Shown one piece after another: positions 1 through 13,440 of a stretch of DNA of 54,464 nt. A model generated the notes under the pieces. The model had not been told where the DNA came from and did not search any database. It saw only the letters and a list, made by a program, of their open reading frames with translations. A program made the position numbers and the translations under genes. The DNA comes from Betaproteobacteria bacterium UBA3031 (GTDB taxonomy: Bacteria > Pseudomonadota > Gammaproteobacteria > Burkholderiales > Eutrophovitaceae). The stretch is from assembly GCA_002367635.1 (NCBI GenBank), contig DFDI01000073.1:1-54464 (forward strand). The letters run 5' to 3'. Position 1 is the stretch's first letter; each line of letters begins with the position of its first letter.

Positions 1-2
1 TA

Positions 3-107
3 TTTAACCCTGCGACAAAAAAAGGTGACCGTGTTGGCATTAAAACGCTGGACGATGGGTCTCGTGTACGAATATTTCGCTCAAATGGCGAAATGGTCGA
101 TTCTTGA
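3..107 (+). CDS. rplX: 50S ribosomal protein L24, C-terminal fragment (5'-truncated by window)
   Basis: Manual translation from nt 3 gives [34 protein letters not shown] (TGA 105-107), an L24 C-terminus directly upstream of rplE. Confidence 0.93.
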   Translation, partial: FNPATKKGDRVGIKTLDDGSRVRIFRSNGEMVDS

Positions 108-117
108 AAGGTTTTAA

Positions 118-699
118 ATGAGTAAAGACGCTAAAGTAATTGGTCAGGAAGAGCTCAAGGGAGCGCGATTGGCGGACGTGTATAAGGCTGAAGTGGTTCC
201 TGGTCTTATGGGCGAGTATAAGTATAAGTCCATCATGGAGGTCCCGCGTATTTTGAAGATTGTTCTTAACATGGGCGTCGGAGAAGCGGTGGCTGATAAG
301 AAAGTACTTGACCATGCGGTCAGTGATATGACCTTGATCGCCGGGCAAAAACCAATTATCACTAAAGCTAAGAAGTCTATTGCAGGTTTCAAAATACGTG
401 ATGGATATCCCATCGGATGCAAGGTAACGCTGCGCGGACAAAGAATGTATGAGTTTTTAGATCGTTTGATCTCGGTGGCTATTCCTAGAATCAGGGATTT
501 TCGCGGCATTCCTAGTAAGTCGTTTGATGGCCGTGGAAATTTCAATATGGGCGTTCGTGAACAGATTATTTTCCCAGAAGTTCAGTACGATAAGATTGAC
601 GTGTTGCGTGGTTTGAATGTGACTATTACCACAACCGCGAAGACTGATAAGGAAGCTCGTTCTTTGTTATCTGCTTTCCGTTTCCCGTTCAAGAATTGA
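118..699 (+). CDS. rplE: 50S ribosomal protein L5
   Basis: [19 protein letters not shown] and FDGRGNF L5 motifs; spc operon position; about 14-aa N-terminal extension. Confidence 0.98.
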   Translation: MSKDAKVIGQEELKGARLADVYKAEVVPGLMGEYKYKSIMEVPRILKIVLNMGVGEAVADKKVLDHAVSDMTLIAGQKPIITKAKKSIAGFKIRDGYPIGCKVTLRGQRMYEFLDRLISVAIPRIRDFRGIPSKSFDGRGNFNMGVREQIIFPEVQYDKIDVLRGLNVTITTTAKTDKEARSLLSAFRFPFKN

Positions 700-706
700 G
701 GATCTA

Positions 707-1012
707 ATGGCAAAAAAATCTATCATTAATAGGGACATTAAGCGTCGTGCTACTGTCGCGAAATACGCAGTAAAAAGAGCGGCAATTGATGCGGTGCTTA
801 ACAGCGCGCAGTCTTCGGAAGAAGAAAAATATGTCGCTCGTATAGCGTTGCAAAAACTACCTCGTGATGCCAGTCCAGTGCGCTTGAGAAATCGTTGCGC
901 GCTAACTGGAAGGCCACGTGGTGTTTATAGTAAATTTGGTCTTGCCCGCGGGAAGCTTCGTGAATTCGCTATGCGCGGTGAGGTTCCTGGAATTATTAAA
1001 GCGAGTTGGTAG
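707..1012 (+). CDS. rpsN: 30S ribosomal protein S14 (long, zinc-independent form)
   Basis: [14 protein letters not shown]...IPG-like IKASW end; 101 aa, single Cys. Confidence 0.98.
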   Translation: MAKKSIINRDIKRRATVAKYAVKRAAIDAVLNSAQSSEEEKYVARIALQKLPRDASPVRLRNRCALTGRPRGVYSKFGLARGKLREFAMRGEVPGIIKASW

Positions 1013-1024
1013 GAGAGTACATCT

Positions 1025-1423
1025 ATGAGTATGAGTGATCCAATCGCCGACATGTTGACTAGAATCAGAAACGCTCAAATGGCGGAAAAGAGCAATGTCA
1101 AGATGCCATTTAGCAATGTAAAACGAGCAATTGCGCAGGTGCTTATCGATGAAGGATACATCGAGAGTATGACCGTAAACGGCCAAGAGGAAAAGAAGCC
1201 GCAGCTTGAGCTTGCCCTTAAGTATTATGCCGGACGGCCGGTTATTGAAAAAATTGAACGTGTCAGTCGGCCTGGCCTCCGTATTTACAAAGGCGCACAG
1301 GATCTTCCAACTGTGATGAACGGTCTTGGTGTTGCGATAGTATCTACACCAAAGGGAGTGATGACAGACCGCAGGGCCAGGACTTCTGGTATCGGTGGTG
1401 AAGTTCTCTGTATCGTCGCTTAA
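1025..1423 (+). CDS. rpsH: 30S ribosomal protein S8
   Basis: [27 protein letters not shown] motifs. Confidence 0.98.
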   Translation: MSMSDPIADMLTRIRNAQMAEKSNVKMPFSNVKRAIAQVLIDEGYIESMTVNGQEEKKPQLELALKYYAGRPVIEKIERVSRPGLRIYKGAQDLPTVMNGLGVAIVSTPKGVMTDRRARTSGIGGEVLCIVA

Positions 1424-1477
1424 GTAAAGAGGACGATCATGATCTTTAAACGAAGAATTGATTTGGAGTTATAGAAA

Positions 1478-2011
1478 ATGTCACGTGTTGGAAAAGATCC
1501 AATCAATGTTCCCTCGGGAGCCCAAGTCACTATTGTTGGTAATAAGATAGAGGTAAAGGGTGCTCTTGGTGTTTTGAGCCGCGTAATTAGCGATATTGTT
1601 AAAGTGACGCAAGTGGATGGAGTTATATCTGTTGCGCCCGCAGATGATAGTCGACAGGCGCGAGCTCTGCATGGCACGACGCGGGCTGTTATCGCGAATA
1701 TGGTCACTGGTGTCACGTCTGGATTTGAGAAGAAGTTAACGCTTGTTGGTGTGGGTTACAGGGCGCAAGCGGAAGGTGACAAGTTGAATCTTTCGTTAGG
1801 CTTTTCCCATCCCGTAGTGCATCAAATGCCGGCAGGTATCAAGGTGGAGACGCCACAACAAACCGAAGTCCTCATAAAAGGGGTTGATAAACAATTAGTT
1901 GGTCAGGTTGCCGCAGATGTCCGAGGATATCGACCTCCAGAGCCCTATAAGGGTAAAGGAGTGCGTTATGCGGGTGAGCGAGTGGTCATGAAAGAAACCA
2001 AGAAAAAATAA
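1478..2011 (+). CDS. rplF: 50S ribosomal protein L6
   Basis: MSRVGK start; [11 protein letters not shown] motif. Confidence 0.98.
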   Translation: MSRVGKDPINVPSGAQVTIVGNKIEVKGALGVLSRVISDIVKVTQVDGVISVAPADDSRQARALHGTTRAVIANMVTGVTSGFEKKLTLVGVGYRAQAEGDKLNLSLGFSHPVVHQMPAGIKVETPQQTEVLIKGVDKQLVGQVAADVRGYRPPEPYKGKGVRYAGERVVMKETKKK

Positions 2012-2020
2012 GGCCAAGTC

Positions 2021-2383
2021 ATGTCAGAGTCAGTTAAAAATGCGTCTAGAGCGCGTAGAGCCAGAAAAATCCGACATCAGATTAATAACTCTGGAGCGGC
2101 GCACCGATTGCAGGTGCACAGAACGAACTTGCATATCTACGCGCAAATTTTGGATCGTGACGCTAAGGTCATTGTGTCTGCGTCTACAGCTGAGGCTGAG
2201 TTACGCAAGTCGCTGTCTAATGGCGGGAATAGACAAGCAGCGACCGAGGTGGGCGCGCGTATAGCGAAGAAAGCGAAAGAAAAAGGGTTGGAACAGGTTG
2301 CATTTGATCGGTCTGGGTTTAAGTACACTGGACGTATCAAAGCGTTAGCGGAGGCCGCACGAGAGGCCGGTCTACAGTTTTAA
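2021..2383 (+). CDS. rplR: 50S ribosomal protein L18
   Basis: [31 protein letters not shown]. Confidence 0.98.
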   Translation: MSESVKNASRARRARKIRHQINNSGAAHRLQVHRTNLHIYAQILDRDAKVIVSASTAEAELRKSLSNGGNRQAATEVGARIAKKAKEKGLEQVAFDRSGFKYTGRIKALAEAAREAGLQF

Positions 2384-2392
2384 AGGATAACC

Positions 2393-2905
2393 ATGGCACG
2401 AGCACAGAATCATTCAGAGGAAAGTAAAGACGGCATCCGTGAAAAAATGGTCGCCGTTAACCGAGTCACTAAGGTGGTCAAGGGTGGTCGAATTCTTGGT
2501 TTTGCCGCATTAGCCGTAGTTGGCGATGGTGACGGTAGTGTTGGTATGGGCAAGGGGAAGTCAAAAGAGGTACCTGTTGCCATACAAAAAGCGATGGAAG
2601 AGGCTCGCAAGAAGTTGTTTAAGGTTTCCTTAAGTGGGGGCACCCTGCACCATGCTGTTATAGGCACACACGGGGCGGCAAAGGTTTATATGCAACCCGC
2701 CTCAGCCGGCACTGGAATTATAGCTGGTGGTCCAATGCGTGCAGTCTTCGAAGTGATGGGCGTGACCAACATTGTTGCTAAGTGTATTGGGTCAACAAAT
2801 CCTTATAACGTTGTCCGGGCGACTTTGAACGGGCTTGCTGAAATGAACTCTCCCGCAGATATTGCGCTTAAGCGTGGGAAAACAGTTGAAGAGATTTTGG
2901 GGTAA
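2393..2905 (+). CDS. rpsE: 30S ribosomal protein S5
   Basis: [20 protein letters not shown] motifs. Confidence 0.98.
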   Translation: MARAQNHSEESKDGIREKMVAVNRVTKVVKGGRILGFAALAVVGDGDGSVGMGKGKSKEVPVAIQKAMEEARKKLFKVSLSGGTLHHAVIGTHGAAKVYMQPASAGTGIIAGGPMRAVFEVMGVTNIVAKCIGSTNPYNVVRATLNGLAEMNSPADIALKRGKTVEEILG

Positions 2906-2908
2906 TTC

Positions 2909-3109
2909 ATGAATACGACAGCGAAGCAGGCAGAAAAGACTCTGAAAGTAACACTTGTTAAAAGTGTTATCGGTACCAAACCATCCCATCGTGCGACTGT
3001 AATTGGTTTGGGTCTGCGTAGGATTAGACACACGGTTACGCTTGAAGATACTCCGTCAGTTCGGGGCATGATTGCGAAAGTTGACTACCTTGTGAAAGTT
3101 GAGGGTTAA
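2909..3109 (+). CDS. rpmD: 50S ribosomal protein L30
   Basis: [11 protein letters not shown]...LGLRRI...DTPSVRGMI; between rpsE and rplO. Confidence 0.97.
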   Translation: MNTTAKQAEKTLKVTLVKSVIGTKPSHRATVIGLGLRRIRHTVTLEDTPSVRGMIAKVDYLVKVEG

Positions 3110-3113
3110 GCAA

Positions 3114-3554
3114 ATGAGATTGAATGACATTAGCCCAGCAGATGGGTCTAAGAAAGACAGAATGCGGGTTGGTCGTGGTGGCGGCAGCGGAAAAGGAAAA
3201 ACCGCAGGTAGAGGCCATAAAGGACAGCATTCTCGTGCCGGTGGTTATCACAAGGTAGGTTTTGAAGGCGGTCAGATGCCTATGGCCAGACGTCTTCCTA
3301 AGCGAGGGTTTCGGTCAATGACTAGCGCCGATACTCGTGAAGTTAGATTGGACGAATTGAATAAAGTAGACGCCGATATTATTGATTTGGCGGCGCTCAA
3401 GGCGGCGCAGGTCGTTCCTAACTTCGTGAGCGCTGCAAAAGTGTTTCTTTCTGGTTCTTTAGCCGAGGGTAAAAAGCCTCAGCTCAAAGGGATATTGGTT
3501 TCAAAAGGGGCGCGACTCGCGATTGAGTCCGCCGGTGGAAAGATAGAGGACTAA
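3114..3554 (+). CDS. rplO: 50S ribosomal protein L15
   Basis: [28 protein letters not shown]; start moved to ATG 3114 (track TTG 3099 overlaps rpmD). Confidence 0.97.
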   Translation: MRLNDISPADGSKKDRMRVGRGGGSGKGKTAGRGHKGQHSRAGGYHKVGFEGGQMPMARRLPKRGFRSMTSADTREVRLDELNKVDADIIDLAALKAAQVVPNFVSAAKVFLSGSLAEGKKPQLKGILVSKGARLAIESAGGKIED

Positions 3555-3558
3555 GGCT

Positions 3559-4884
3559 TTGGCCGTCGGATCAAATAAAGGCTTAGGCGTGAACAAGTAT
3601 GGTGACCTAAAGGCGCGCCTACTGTTCTTGTTGTTCGCGCTAATTGTATATCGCCTGGGAGCCCATGTGCCTGTGCCCGGGATTGATCCAGTCCAGCTCG
3701 AGGATCTATTTAAGGCGCAAGAAGGCGGCATATTAGGCATGTTTAATATGTTTTCTGGTGGAGCGCTACAGCGCTTTACGATTTTCGCTTTGGGCATCAT
3801 GCCGTATATTTCAGCATCGATCATTATGCAGTTGATGACTGTAGTTGTTCCTACTTTCGAGCAACTAAAAAAGGAAGGTGAAACCGGCCGCAAGAAAATA
3901 ACGAAATTTACACGCTACGGTACCGTTGGTTTGGCCACATTCCAAGCTATCGGTATTTCAGTGGCTCTCGAATCCCAAGCAAACCTTGTGCTCGACCCTG
4001 GCCTAGCTTTCAGATTTACCACTGTCGTTACTCTGGTAACTGGGACGATGTTCCTAATGTGGTTGGGCGAGCAGATAACCGAACGTGGCATTGGTAACGG
4101 GATTTCCCTCATTATCTTCGCTGGCATTGCCGCGGGCTTACCTAGCGCAGTGGCCGGAACTCTTGAGCTCGTTAGAACAGGTTCTTTCTCTATCCCGCTC
4201 GTCATGTTAATTTTCATAGGCGTGATCGTCATCACTGGGGTTGTGGTGTTTGTTGAGCGTGGTCAGCGTAAGATTTTGGTGAATTACGCAAAGAGACAGG
4301 TCGGTAACAAAATGTACGGTGGGCAGAGTTCTCATTTGCCGCTTAAACTTAATATGGCTGGGGTTATCCCACCTATTTTCGCCTCAAGTATTATTCTGTT
4401 TCCAGCAACGTTGGCCGAGTTTTTGGGGACTAATGAAAGCTTGTACTGGCTTCGAGACATTGGCGGTCTTTTGCATCCGGGTCAGGTGCTCTACATGGTC
4501 GTTTATGCAATGGCCATCGTATTCTTCTGTTTCTTCTATACCGCCCTGGTTTTTAATCCCCGTGAGACTGCTGATAATCTAAAGAAAAGTGGCGCGTTTA
4601 TACCAGGGATTCGTCCGGGTGACCAAACGACAAAATATATAGAGCGGATTGTTACTCGTCTCACGTTGGTAGGTGCTTTTTACATCACCGTCGTGTGTTT
4701 GATCCCTGAATTGATGATAGTTAATTGGAATGTTCCATTTTATTTTGGTGGTACAAGTTTGTTGATTATTGTCGTGGTTACGATGGACTTTATGCAGCAA
4801 GTTCAGGCTTATGCAATGTCCCATCAGTATGAGAGTCTTCTTAAAAAGACAAACTTCAAAGGCGGGGCAAGTCCTTCGCGTTAA
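3559..4884 (+). CDS. secY: Preprotein translocase subunit SecY
   Basis: [40 protein letters not shown]; TTG start. Confidence 0.98.
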   Translation: MAVGSNKGLGVNKYGDLKARLLFLLFALIVYRLGAHVPVPGIDPVQLEDLFKAQEGGILGMFNMFSGGALQRFTIFALGIMPYISASIIMQLMTVVVPTFEQLKKEGETGRKKITKFTRYGTVGLATFQAIGISVALESQANLVLDPGLAFRFTTVVTLVTGTMFLMWLGEQITERGIGNGISLIIFAGIAAGLPSAVAGTLELVRTGSFSIPLVMLIFIGVIVITGVVVFVERGQRKILVNYAKRQVGNKMYGGQSSHLPLKLNMAGVIPPIFASSIILFPATLAEFLGTNESLYWLRDIGGLLHPGQVLYMVVYAMAIVFFCFFYTALVFNPRETADNLKKSGAFIPGIRPGDQTTKYIERIVTRLTLVGAFYITVVCLIPELMIVNWNVPFYFGGTSLLIIVVVTMDFMQQVQAYAMSHQYESLLKKTNFKGGASPSR

Positions 4885-4896
4885 GGAGAGAAATGT

Positions 4897-5010
4897 ATGA
4901 AAGTTAAAGCATCAGTAAAAAAACTTTGCCGTCATTGCAAAATCGTTCGTCGAAATAATGTGGTTCGTGTTATTTGTAAAGAGCCTCGGCATAAGCAACG
5001 ACAAGGTTGA
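4897..5010 (+). CDS. rpmJ: 50S ribosomal protein L36 (zinc-ribbon form); not in ORF track
   Basis: Manual translation [37 protein letters not shown]; AAGGAG SD upstream. Confidence 0.97.
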   Translation: MKVKASVKKLCRHCKIVRRNNVVRVICKEPRHKQRQG

Positions 5011-5045
5011 GAACATCCACCAATGAATTTTAGAAGAGATAAAAT

Positions 5046-5402
5046 ATGGCTCGTATAGCTGGCGTTAATATTCCTGATCAAAAGCACACTTGGGTTGCGT
5101 TGACCTCTATTTATGGCTTAGGCAGAACTCGTGCCTTCGAGGTGTGTTCGAAAGCTGGTATTGAACCATCAGTCAAGGTGAGAGACTTGTCTGGTGATGA
5201 AATGGAAAAGCTTAGAGAACAAATTGGTACCTTTGTAATAGAGGGTGATCTTCGTCGTGAAGTTTCAATGAACATTAAGCGACTTATGGATCTTGGTACT
5301 TATCGTGGAACTCGTCACCGTAAGGGCTTGCCGGTCAGGGGTCAGCGAACGAAAACAAATGCGCGTACTCGTAAGGGTCCGAAAAAGGCGATTCGGAAAT
5401 AG
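5046..5402 (+). CDS. rpsM: 30S ribosomal protein S13
   Basis: [28 protein letters not shown]. Confidence 0.98.
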   Translation: MARIAGVNIPDQKHTWVALTSIYGLGRTRAFEVCSKAGIEPSVKVRDLSGDEMEKLREQIGTFVIEGDLRREVSMNIKRLMDLGTYRGTRHRKGLPVRGQRTKTNARTRKGPKKAIRK

Positions 5403-5459
5403 TATTAATCAGAAGATCGTTAGATATAACCAATCACTTAGACTGAATGGAATTTTAGG

Positions 5460-5849
5460 ATGGCAAAAAAGACAATAAGAGTACGCAAGAAGGTAAAGAA
5501 GAATATTGCGGAAGGTATCGCGCATATTCATGCGTCTTTTAATAACACGATCATCATGATCACAGATCGACAGGGCAATGCGCTGTCCTGGTCTACGTCA
5601 GGTGCTAATGGCTTTAAGGGATCTCGGAAAAGCACTCCATTCGCTGCTCAGGTCGCTGCAGAGGCGGCTGGAAAAATGGCACAAGAATGCGGTGTTAAGA
5701 ATATTGAGGTTCGAATAAAAGGCCCCGGTCCAGGTCGAGAGTCGGCAGTTAGGGCTCTAAATTCAGTAGGATTTAAAATTACGAGTATCTCTGACGTTAC
5801 TCCGGTGCCACATAATGGATGTCGTCCGCCAAAACGACGCAGAATTTAA
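5460..5849 (+). CDS. rpsK: 30S ribosomal protein S11
   Basis: [29 protein letters not shown]. Confidence 0.98.
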   Translation: MAKKTIRVRKKVKKNIAEGIAHIHASFNNTIIMITDRQGNALSWSTSGANGFKGSRKSTPFAAQVAAEAAGKMAQECGVKNIEVRIKGPGPGRESAVRALNSVGFKITSISDVTPVPHNGCRPPKRRRI

Positions 5850-5862
5850 GGAGCGATGAATC

Positions 5863-6489
5863 ATGGCTAGAAATACAGATCCTAAGTGCCGGCAATGTCG
5901 TCGAGAGGGTGAAAAGTTATTCTTAAAGGGCGAGAAATGCTACACAGACAAGTGTGGGATTGAGCGTCGACCTTATCCTCCAGGGCAGCATGGGCAGAAG
6001 GGTAGCCGTATGTCTGAATTTGGGCGACAGCTAAGGGAGAAGCAAAAGATTCGCCGTATTTATGGCGTACTTGAGCGACAGTTCCGTAAGACTTACAAAG
6101 AAGCCGCTCGTCGCAAGGGCATAACAGGTGAAACACTCTTGCAAGATCTGGAAAGTCGTCTTGATTCAGTGGCTTTGCGTATGGGTTTCGGTATATCGCG
6201 TACTGAAGCACGTCAAATTGTCAGACACAATGGCGTGATGGTTAATGGAAGGCGCGTCAATATTCCGTCTTATATCGTTAAGCCTGGAGACATTGTGGAA
6301 ATTGCAGAGAAAGCAAAAACTCACCTACGAGTTAAGGCCTCTTTGGAAGCTGCAGAAGGAAGAGGATTTCCAGACTGGGTGGAAGTCGATGTTAAAGGAC
6401 TCAAGGGGACTTTCAAGTCTGTACCTCAACGGGCTGATTTGTCATCAACGATTAATGAGTCGTTAGTTGTTGAGTTGTATTCTAAGTAA
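5863..6489 (+). CDS. rpsD: 30S ribosomal protein S4 (four-Cys N-terminal form)
   Basis: CRQCRREG...KCYTDKC, PGQHG, LESRLD, VVELYSK. Confidence 0.98.
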   Translation: MARNTDPKCRQCRREGEKLFLKGEKCYTDKCGIERRPYPPGQHGQKGSRMSEFGRQLREKQKIRRIYGVLERQFRKTYKEAARRKGITGETLLQDLESRLDSVALRMGFGISRTEARQIVRHNGVMVNGRRVNIPSYIVKPGDIVEIAEKAKTHLRVKASLEAAEGRGFPDWVEVDVKGLKGTFKSVPQRADLSSTINESLVVELYSK

Positions 6490-6559
6490 TTTTGAACTAC
6501 GTGTGAGGCAATTAAACCTCACGAATTTATTTTTCGAAACTTATAAAAGGGTCGAATAG

Positions 6560-7537
6560 ATGCTTAATAGCTTTTTGAAGCCAAAAATTATTGATGTAAG
6601 AATTACTGCCCCTGGGCAAGCTAAAGTGGTTATGGAGCCATTTGAGCGAGGTTTTGGTCACACTTTGGGTAATGCGTTGCGCAGGATACTGCTGTCGTCA
6701 TTGCCCGGGCATGCGCCTACCGAAGTAAAGATTGATGGTGTGCTTCATGAGTATTCAACTCTGGATGGCGTGCAGGAGGATGTTGTTGATATCCTACTCA
6801 ACCTCAAAGGACTTGTGCTCAGACTTCATAACCGTGATGAAATCACCTTAACGCTCTCTAAAGAGGGTGCTGGTGCTGTTACAGCTGCGGATATTGAGGT
6901 CAGTCATGACGTTGATATTATTAACCCTGAGCACGTGATCGCTAATTTGTCTCCTGGTGGAAAGATCAGCATGGAAATCAAGGTGCAAGGTGGTCGTGGT
7001 TACGTGCCTGCTAATGTTCGGTTGGGTGATGGCGATGAAAACCGGGTGATTGGAAGCCTCCTGCTTGACGCATCCTTCAGTCCAGTGACTAAAGTAAGCT
7101 ATGCGGTTGAGAGTGCGCGTGTTGAGCAACGGACAGACCTAGATAAGCTTGTGATCGATATTGAAACTAATGGGTCAGTTGATCCAGAAGAGTCAGTTCG
7201 GTTTGCTGCCCGTATTCTTATGGATCAACTTTCAAGTTTTGCTGATTTACAGGGCACTGTCGCGGAAGAAAGTGTTCCACAAAAGCCGGATGTTGACCCA
7301 GCATTTTTACGACCAGTAGACGATTTAGAATTGACGGTACGGTCAGCAAATTGTCTTAAAGCTGAGAGTATTCATTACATTGGCGATCTGATCCAGCGAA
7401 CGGAAAACGAGTTGTTAAAAACACCAAATCTTGGTCGTAAATCGTTAAATGAAATTAAGGACGTTCTCGCTTCAAGAGGGCTTTCTCTTGGTATGAAAAT
7501 CGATAGTTGGCCGGAGTCTCCGTCTGAGGGATCTTAA
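6560..7537 (+). CDS. rpoA: DNA-directed RNA polymerase subunit alpha
   Basis: [42 protein letters not shown]. Confidence 0.99.
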   Translation: MLNSFLKPKIIDVRITAPGQAKVVMEPFERGFGHTLGNALRRILLSSLPGHAPTEVKIDGVLHEYSTLDGVQEDVVDILLNLKGLVLRLHNRDEITLTLSKEGAGAVTAADIEVSHDVDIINPEHVIANLSPGGKISMEIKVQGGRGYVPANVRLGDGDENRVIGSLLLDASFSPVTKVSYAVESARVEQRTDLDKLVIDIETNGSVDPEESVRFAARILMDQLSSFADLQGTVAEESVPQKPDVDPAFLRPVDDLELTVRSANCLKAESIHYIGDLIQRTENELLKTPNLGRKSLNEIKDVLASRGLSLGMKIDSWPESPSEGS

Positions 7538-7582
7538 GCTGTTTCTATCGAGACTTAGTTAAAACAAGGAAGGAAACACCTC

Positions 7583-7981
7583 ATGCGACATAGGCTTGGA
7601 CTTCGGAAACTGAATCGCACTTCCTCCCATCGGGAGGCGATGTTCCGGAATATGACGAACTCACTGTTGCGTCATGAAGTTATTAAAACTACTCTTCCAA
7701 AAGCGAAGGAATTACGTCGCGTGGCTGAGCCCATTATCACGCTAGGAAAAAAAGCTACGTTGGCCAATCGTCGCTTAGCTTTTTCGCGTTTGCGTGATAG
7801 GGAGATTGTCGGAAAATTGTTTGATGAACTCGGTCCTCGTTTTGCGACGCGCAACGGGGGTTACTTGAGGATCCTTAAATACGGTTTTCGACAAGGAGAT
7901 AACGCACCAATGGCACTGGTTGAGTTGATGGACCGTCCTGAGGTTGACATCGCTGAGGCAACGGACGCTGTTGAGGAGTAA
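7583..7981 (+). CDS. rplQ: 50S ribosomal protein L17
   Basis: [31 protein letters not shown]. Confidence 0.98.
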   Translation: MRHRLGLRKLNRTSSHREAMFRNMTNSLLRHEVIKTTLPKAKELRRVAEPIITLGKKATLANRRLAFSRLRDREIVGKLFDELGPRFATRNGGYLRILKYGFRQGDNAPMALVELMDRPEVDIAEATDAVEE

Positions 7982-8000
7982 ACAACAAAGTTGACTGATT

Positions 8001-8050
8001 TTTAGGGCACAAAAAAGCCAGCATTATTGCTGCCTTTTTTGTGCCCTAAA
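8001..8050. terminator. Bidirectional intrinsic terminator between rplQ and uvrA
   Basis: 23-nt arms TTTAGGGCACAAAAAAGCCAGCA (8001-8023) and TGCTGCCTTTTTTGTGCCCTAAA (8028-8050), 1 mismatch, loop TTAT; A6/T6 tracts; convergent genes. Confidence 0.85.
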
Positions 8051-8058
8051 TAATTTGA

Positions 8059-10887
<2,829 letters not shown>

Positions 10888-11003
10888 AGTTCTGTGTAGG
10901 CCAGAATAATTTGCTTATTCGACGATTTCCAATGAAAAAGAGTAACCTGATACTATACCGAATTAATTTCTAACTTATCTCTAAGAATCCCCATAATTAT
11001 TCA

Positions 11004-12185
11004 ATGACAAGCTTCACTCAAAGCGAACGAAGAGCCAGTATCGGATTGGCAGGCGTGTTTAGTTTACGTATGTTTGGGTTATTCGTAATCCTTCCGGTGG
11101 TCGCGTTATATGCGGATACTTTGCCGGGTGGTGAGAGCGCTATGCTCATTGGTTTGGCCATAGGTATTTACGGTTTAACTCAAGCTATTTTTCAGATTCC
11201 ATTGGGCCGCTTATCTGATTTTTGGGGTCGAAAAAAGACGATATACCTTGGGCTGTGTATATTTATTATGGGAAGTCTCGTTGCCGCATGTGCGGACTCA
11301 CTTCTCATGTTGTGTTTTGGGCGTGCTATTCAGGGAGCGGGGGCTGTCTCATCGGCAGTGATCGCGTTGAATGCTGACCTCACACGGGACGAAGTTCGTA
11401 CTAAGTCAATGGCGATCATTGGGATTACGATTGGCTTTACCTTTCTCTTGTCTATTGTGTTGGGGCCGGTGCTGGATGGATTTGTCGGACTGCCGGGTAT
11501 ATTTTTAATTACGGCGCTTTTGACTTGTTTATCCATAGTGGTTGTTTACTTCTACGTGCCTGATCCGGAACCGATAGGTAAACGTGGGGAATATTCCCCC
11601 GTTAAATTACAAGTAATTTTATCTAATAGGGATTTGCTCAGGCTTGATTTAGGTATTTTTTCGTTACATGGGATCTTGATGGCAATGTTTGTGTCCTTAC
11701 CGTTTATTCTCTCTGGCTTGGAGGGTGGGTTAATTACTTGGCAGTTCTATCTTGCTGTAATGGTGTCTAGCATCTTTATTATGGTGCCATTGATGATGCT
11801 CTCGGAGAAGTTTGGACATCGCAAAGCCGTATTTTTATTCAGCATCATGATGATCATCTTGGCAGAGCTGCTGCTTGGCGTATTTGATTTTGGTCAGGTC
11901 GGTCTTGGTCTGGCATTGGTCATATTTTTTGGCGCATTTAATTTGCTGGAGGCGTCACTTCCTTCTTGGGTTTCACGTGTGGCGGATCCCAAGTCTAAGG
12001 GTACGGCGTTAGGCGTCTACAGCACTAGTCAGTATCTGGGAACATTTATTGGAGGAGTGGCTGGAGGCTGGACATACCAGCATTATTCAGGCCAGGGAGT
12101 CTTCATATTTTGTGCTGTTTGGGCACTGGTGTGGTTGCTTGCGTCGGTCAAAATGTCGGATCCAGTCAACCAAGTTAGCCAGTAG
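11004..12185 (+). CDS. MFS transporter (YajR-like)
   Basis: Multiple TM segments, motif A GRLSDFWGRKK, FNLLEASLPS; conserved uvrA-MFS-ssb position. Confidence 0.9.
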   Translation: MTSFTQSERRASIGLAGVFSLRMFGLFVILPVVALYADTLPGGESAMLIGLAIGIYGLTQAIFQIPLGRLSDFWGRKKTIYLGLCIFIMGSLVAACADSLLMLCFGRAIQGAGAVSSAVIALNADLTRDEVRTKSMAIIGITIGFTFLLSIVLGPVLDGFVGLPGIFLITALLTCLSIVVVYFYVPDPEPIGKRGEYSPVKLQVILSNRDLLRLDLGIFSLHGILMAMFVSLPFILSGLEGGLITWQFYLAVMVSSIFIMVPLMMLSEKFGHRKAVFLFSIMMIILAELLLGVFDFGQVGLGLALVIFFGAFNLLEASLPSWVSRVADPKSKGTALGVYSTSQYLGTFIGGVAGGWTYQHYSGQGVFIFCAVWALVWLLASVKMSDPVNQVSQ

Positions 12186-12316
12186 GTTATTTTGGCTATA
12201 GCGCATATGGGTTAAAGGCGTTACAGTAAGGCCACAAGCGTTGATGAGGTTGTTGACCGGTCCTAAAAGGGCTACGCCCATCGTTAAATCACAGTTTTAG
12301 AAACAGGAGAAAGTTG

Positions 12317-12766
12317 ATGGCTTCCGTAAATAAGGTCATTCTTGTTGGAAATCTTGGGAGAGATCCTGAAGTCCGGCGTATGCCAAGTGGAGACGCAATG
12401 GTTAGTTTAAGTATTGCGACAACAGACACTTGGAAGGATAAGAGTGGTGAGCGTCAAGAGAAGACGGAATGGCACAGAATCGTCATCTTTGGTCGGTTGG
12501 CAGAAGTAGCTGGAGATTATCTTAAGAAAGGGTCGCAAGCATATTTTGAGGGGCGCTTGCAAACTAGAAAGTGGACAGACAAGGAAGGTCAGGAAAAATA
12601 TACCACCGAGGTTGTAGCGGACCGGATGCAAATGTTGGGGTCTCGATCAGGCTCTGGTGGGGGGGATTTCGGTGGCAACCAATCACCTAGTAAGGAATCT
12701 ACTGAATCTGGTCCCAGCCAATTTTCCGGCGGCTTAGATGACCTCGAGGATGATATTCCGTTTTAG
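12317..12766 (+). CDS. ssb: Single-stranded DNA-binding protein
   Basis: [18 protein letters not shown]...TEWHR...DDIPF; AGGAGA SD favours ATG 12317. Confidence 0.98.
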   Translation: MASVNKVILVGNLGRDPEVRRMPSGDAMVSLSIATTDTWKDKSGERQEKTEWHRIVIFGRLAEVAGDYLKKGSQAYFEGRLQTRKWTDKEGQEKYTTEVVADRMQMLGSRSGSGGGDFGGNQSPSKESTESGPSQFSGGLDDLEDDIPF

Positions 12767-12982
12767 ACGGTCATCTCAATTGGTAAGGCGGCCGAGGTTT
12801 CTTAGCGGCTGCTGCCCTCGGCAAGCGCAAGCAAGAGAGTTACCAAGAAGAGGACACTCTTCTTGCGCACGCAACATCATACGGATTAAAAATTTGGTTG
12901 TGTGCTTGTGAGTAACCTAATCACAAAGTAGCAATGATTTAAATTTTGTTGTCTGGGCTTGCAACTGCCCAATCGGCTGACA

Positions 12983-13231
12983 TCACTTACTTTTTCGGAT
13001 CAAAAATCGGTAGCTGGCATTTACTTCTGTTGATTTGAGTAAGTCGTGGCCCGTTTGCCGGCAAAACGCATGAAAGTCTGGAACTGATCCTGGGTCAGTT
13101 GTAAACACCTCCAACACTTGCCCTATCATGATTTCCTGTAGTGCTTTTTTTGTTTTCAGTATGGGAAGTGGACAGTTAAGTCCTTTTACATCGAGCGATA
13201 AGTGGATTGGGGTATCTAATTCCTCGGACAT
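12983..13231 (-). CDS. TusA/SirA-family sulfur carrier protein
   Basis: LDVKGLNCPLP motif, TTDPGS..DF..FC; 82 aa. Confidence 0.9.
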   Translation of the reverse strand: MSEELDTPIHLSLDVKGLNCPLPILKTKKALQEIMIGQVLEVFTTDPGSVPDFHAFCRQTGHDLLKSTEVNASYRFLIRKSK

Positions 13232-13440
13232 TTCTAGCTTTGCCTTGATTCCAGTAGTGGTGTAATTCCGGTCTGATTATACATTGGAGATCCTTTTGAG
13301 TGGGATAAGAGACTATTGTGATAGGATTCTGGGAGATTAGATGATATGCACGTTACGCTTGGACGTTCCTATTTTTGGATTAAATACTGATGCTGAATAA
13401 CTCATGTGGCAGTTCGGCTAAACGGGGGCTTTGACTGGTT

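Noticed and set aside
10888-11003. LexA/SOS box upstream of uvrA
   Set aside because: CTGTGTAGGCCAG has the wrong spacing; no CTGT-N8-ACAG found.
12776-12880. 34-aa minus-strand ORF MMLRAQEECPLLGNSLACACRGQQPLRNLGRLTN
   Set aside because: No SD and no recognisable family; the region is better explained by RNA structure.
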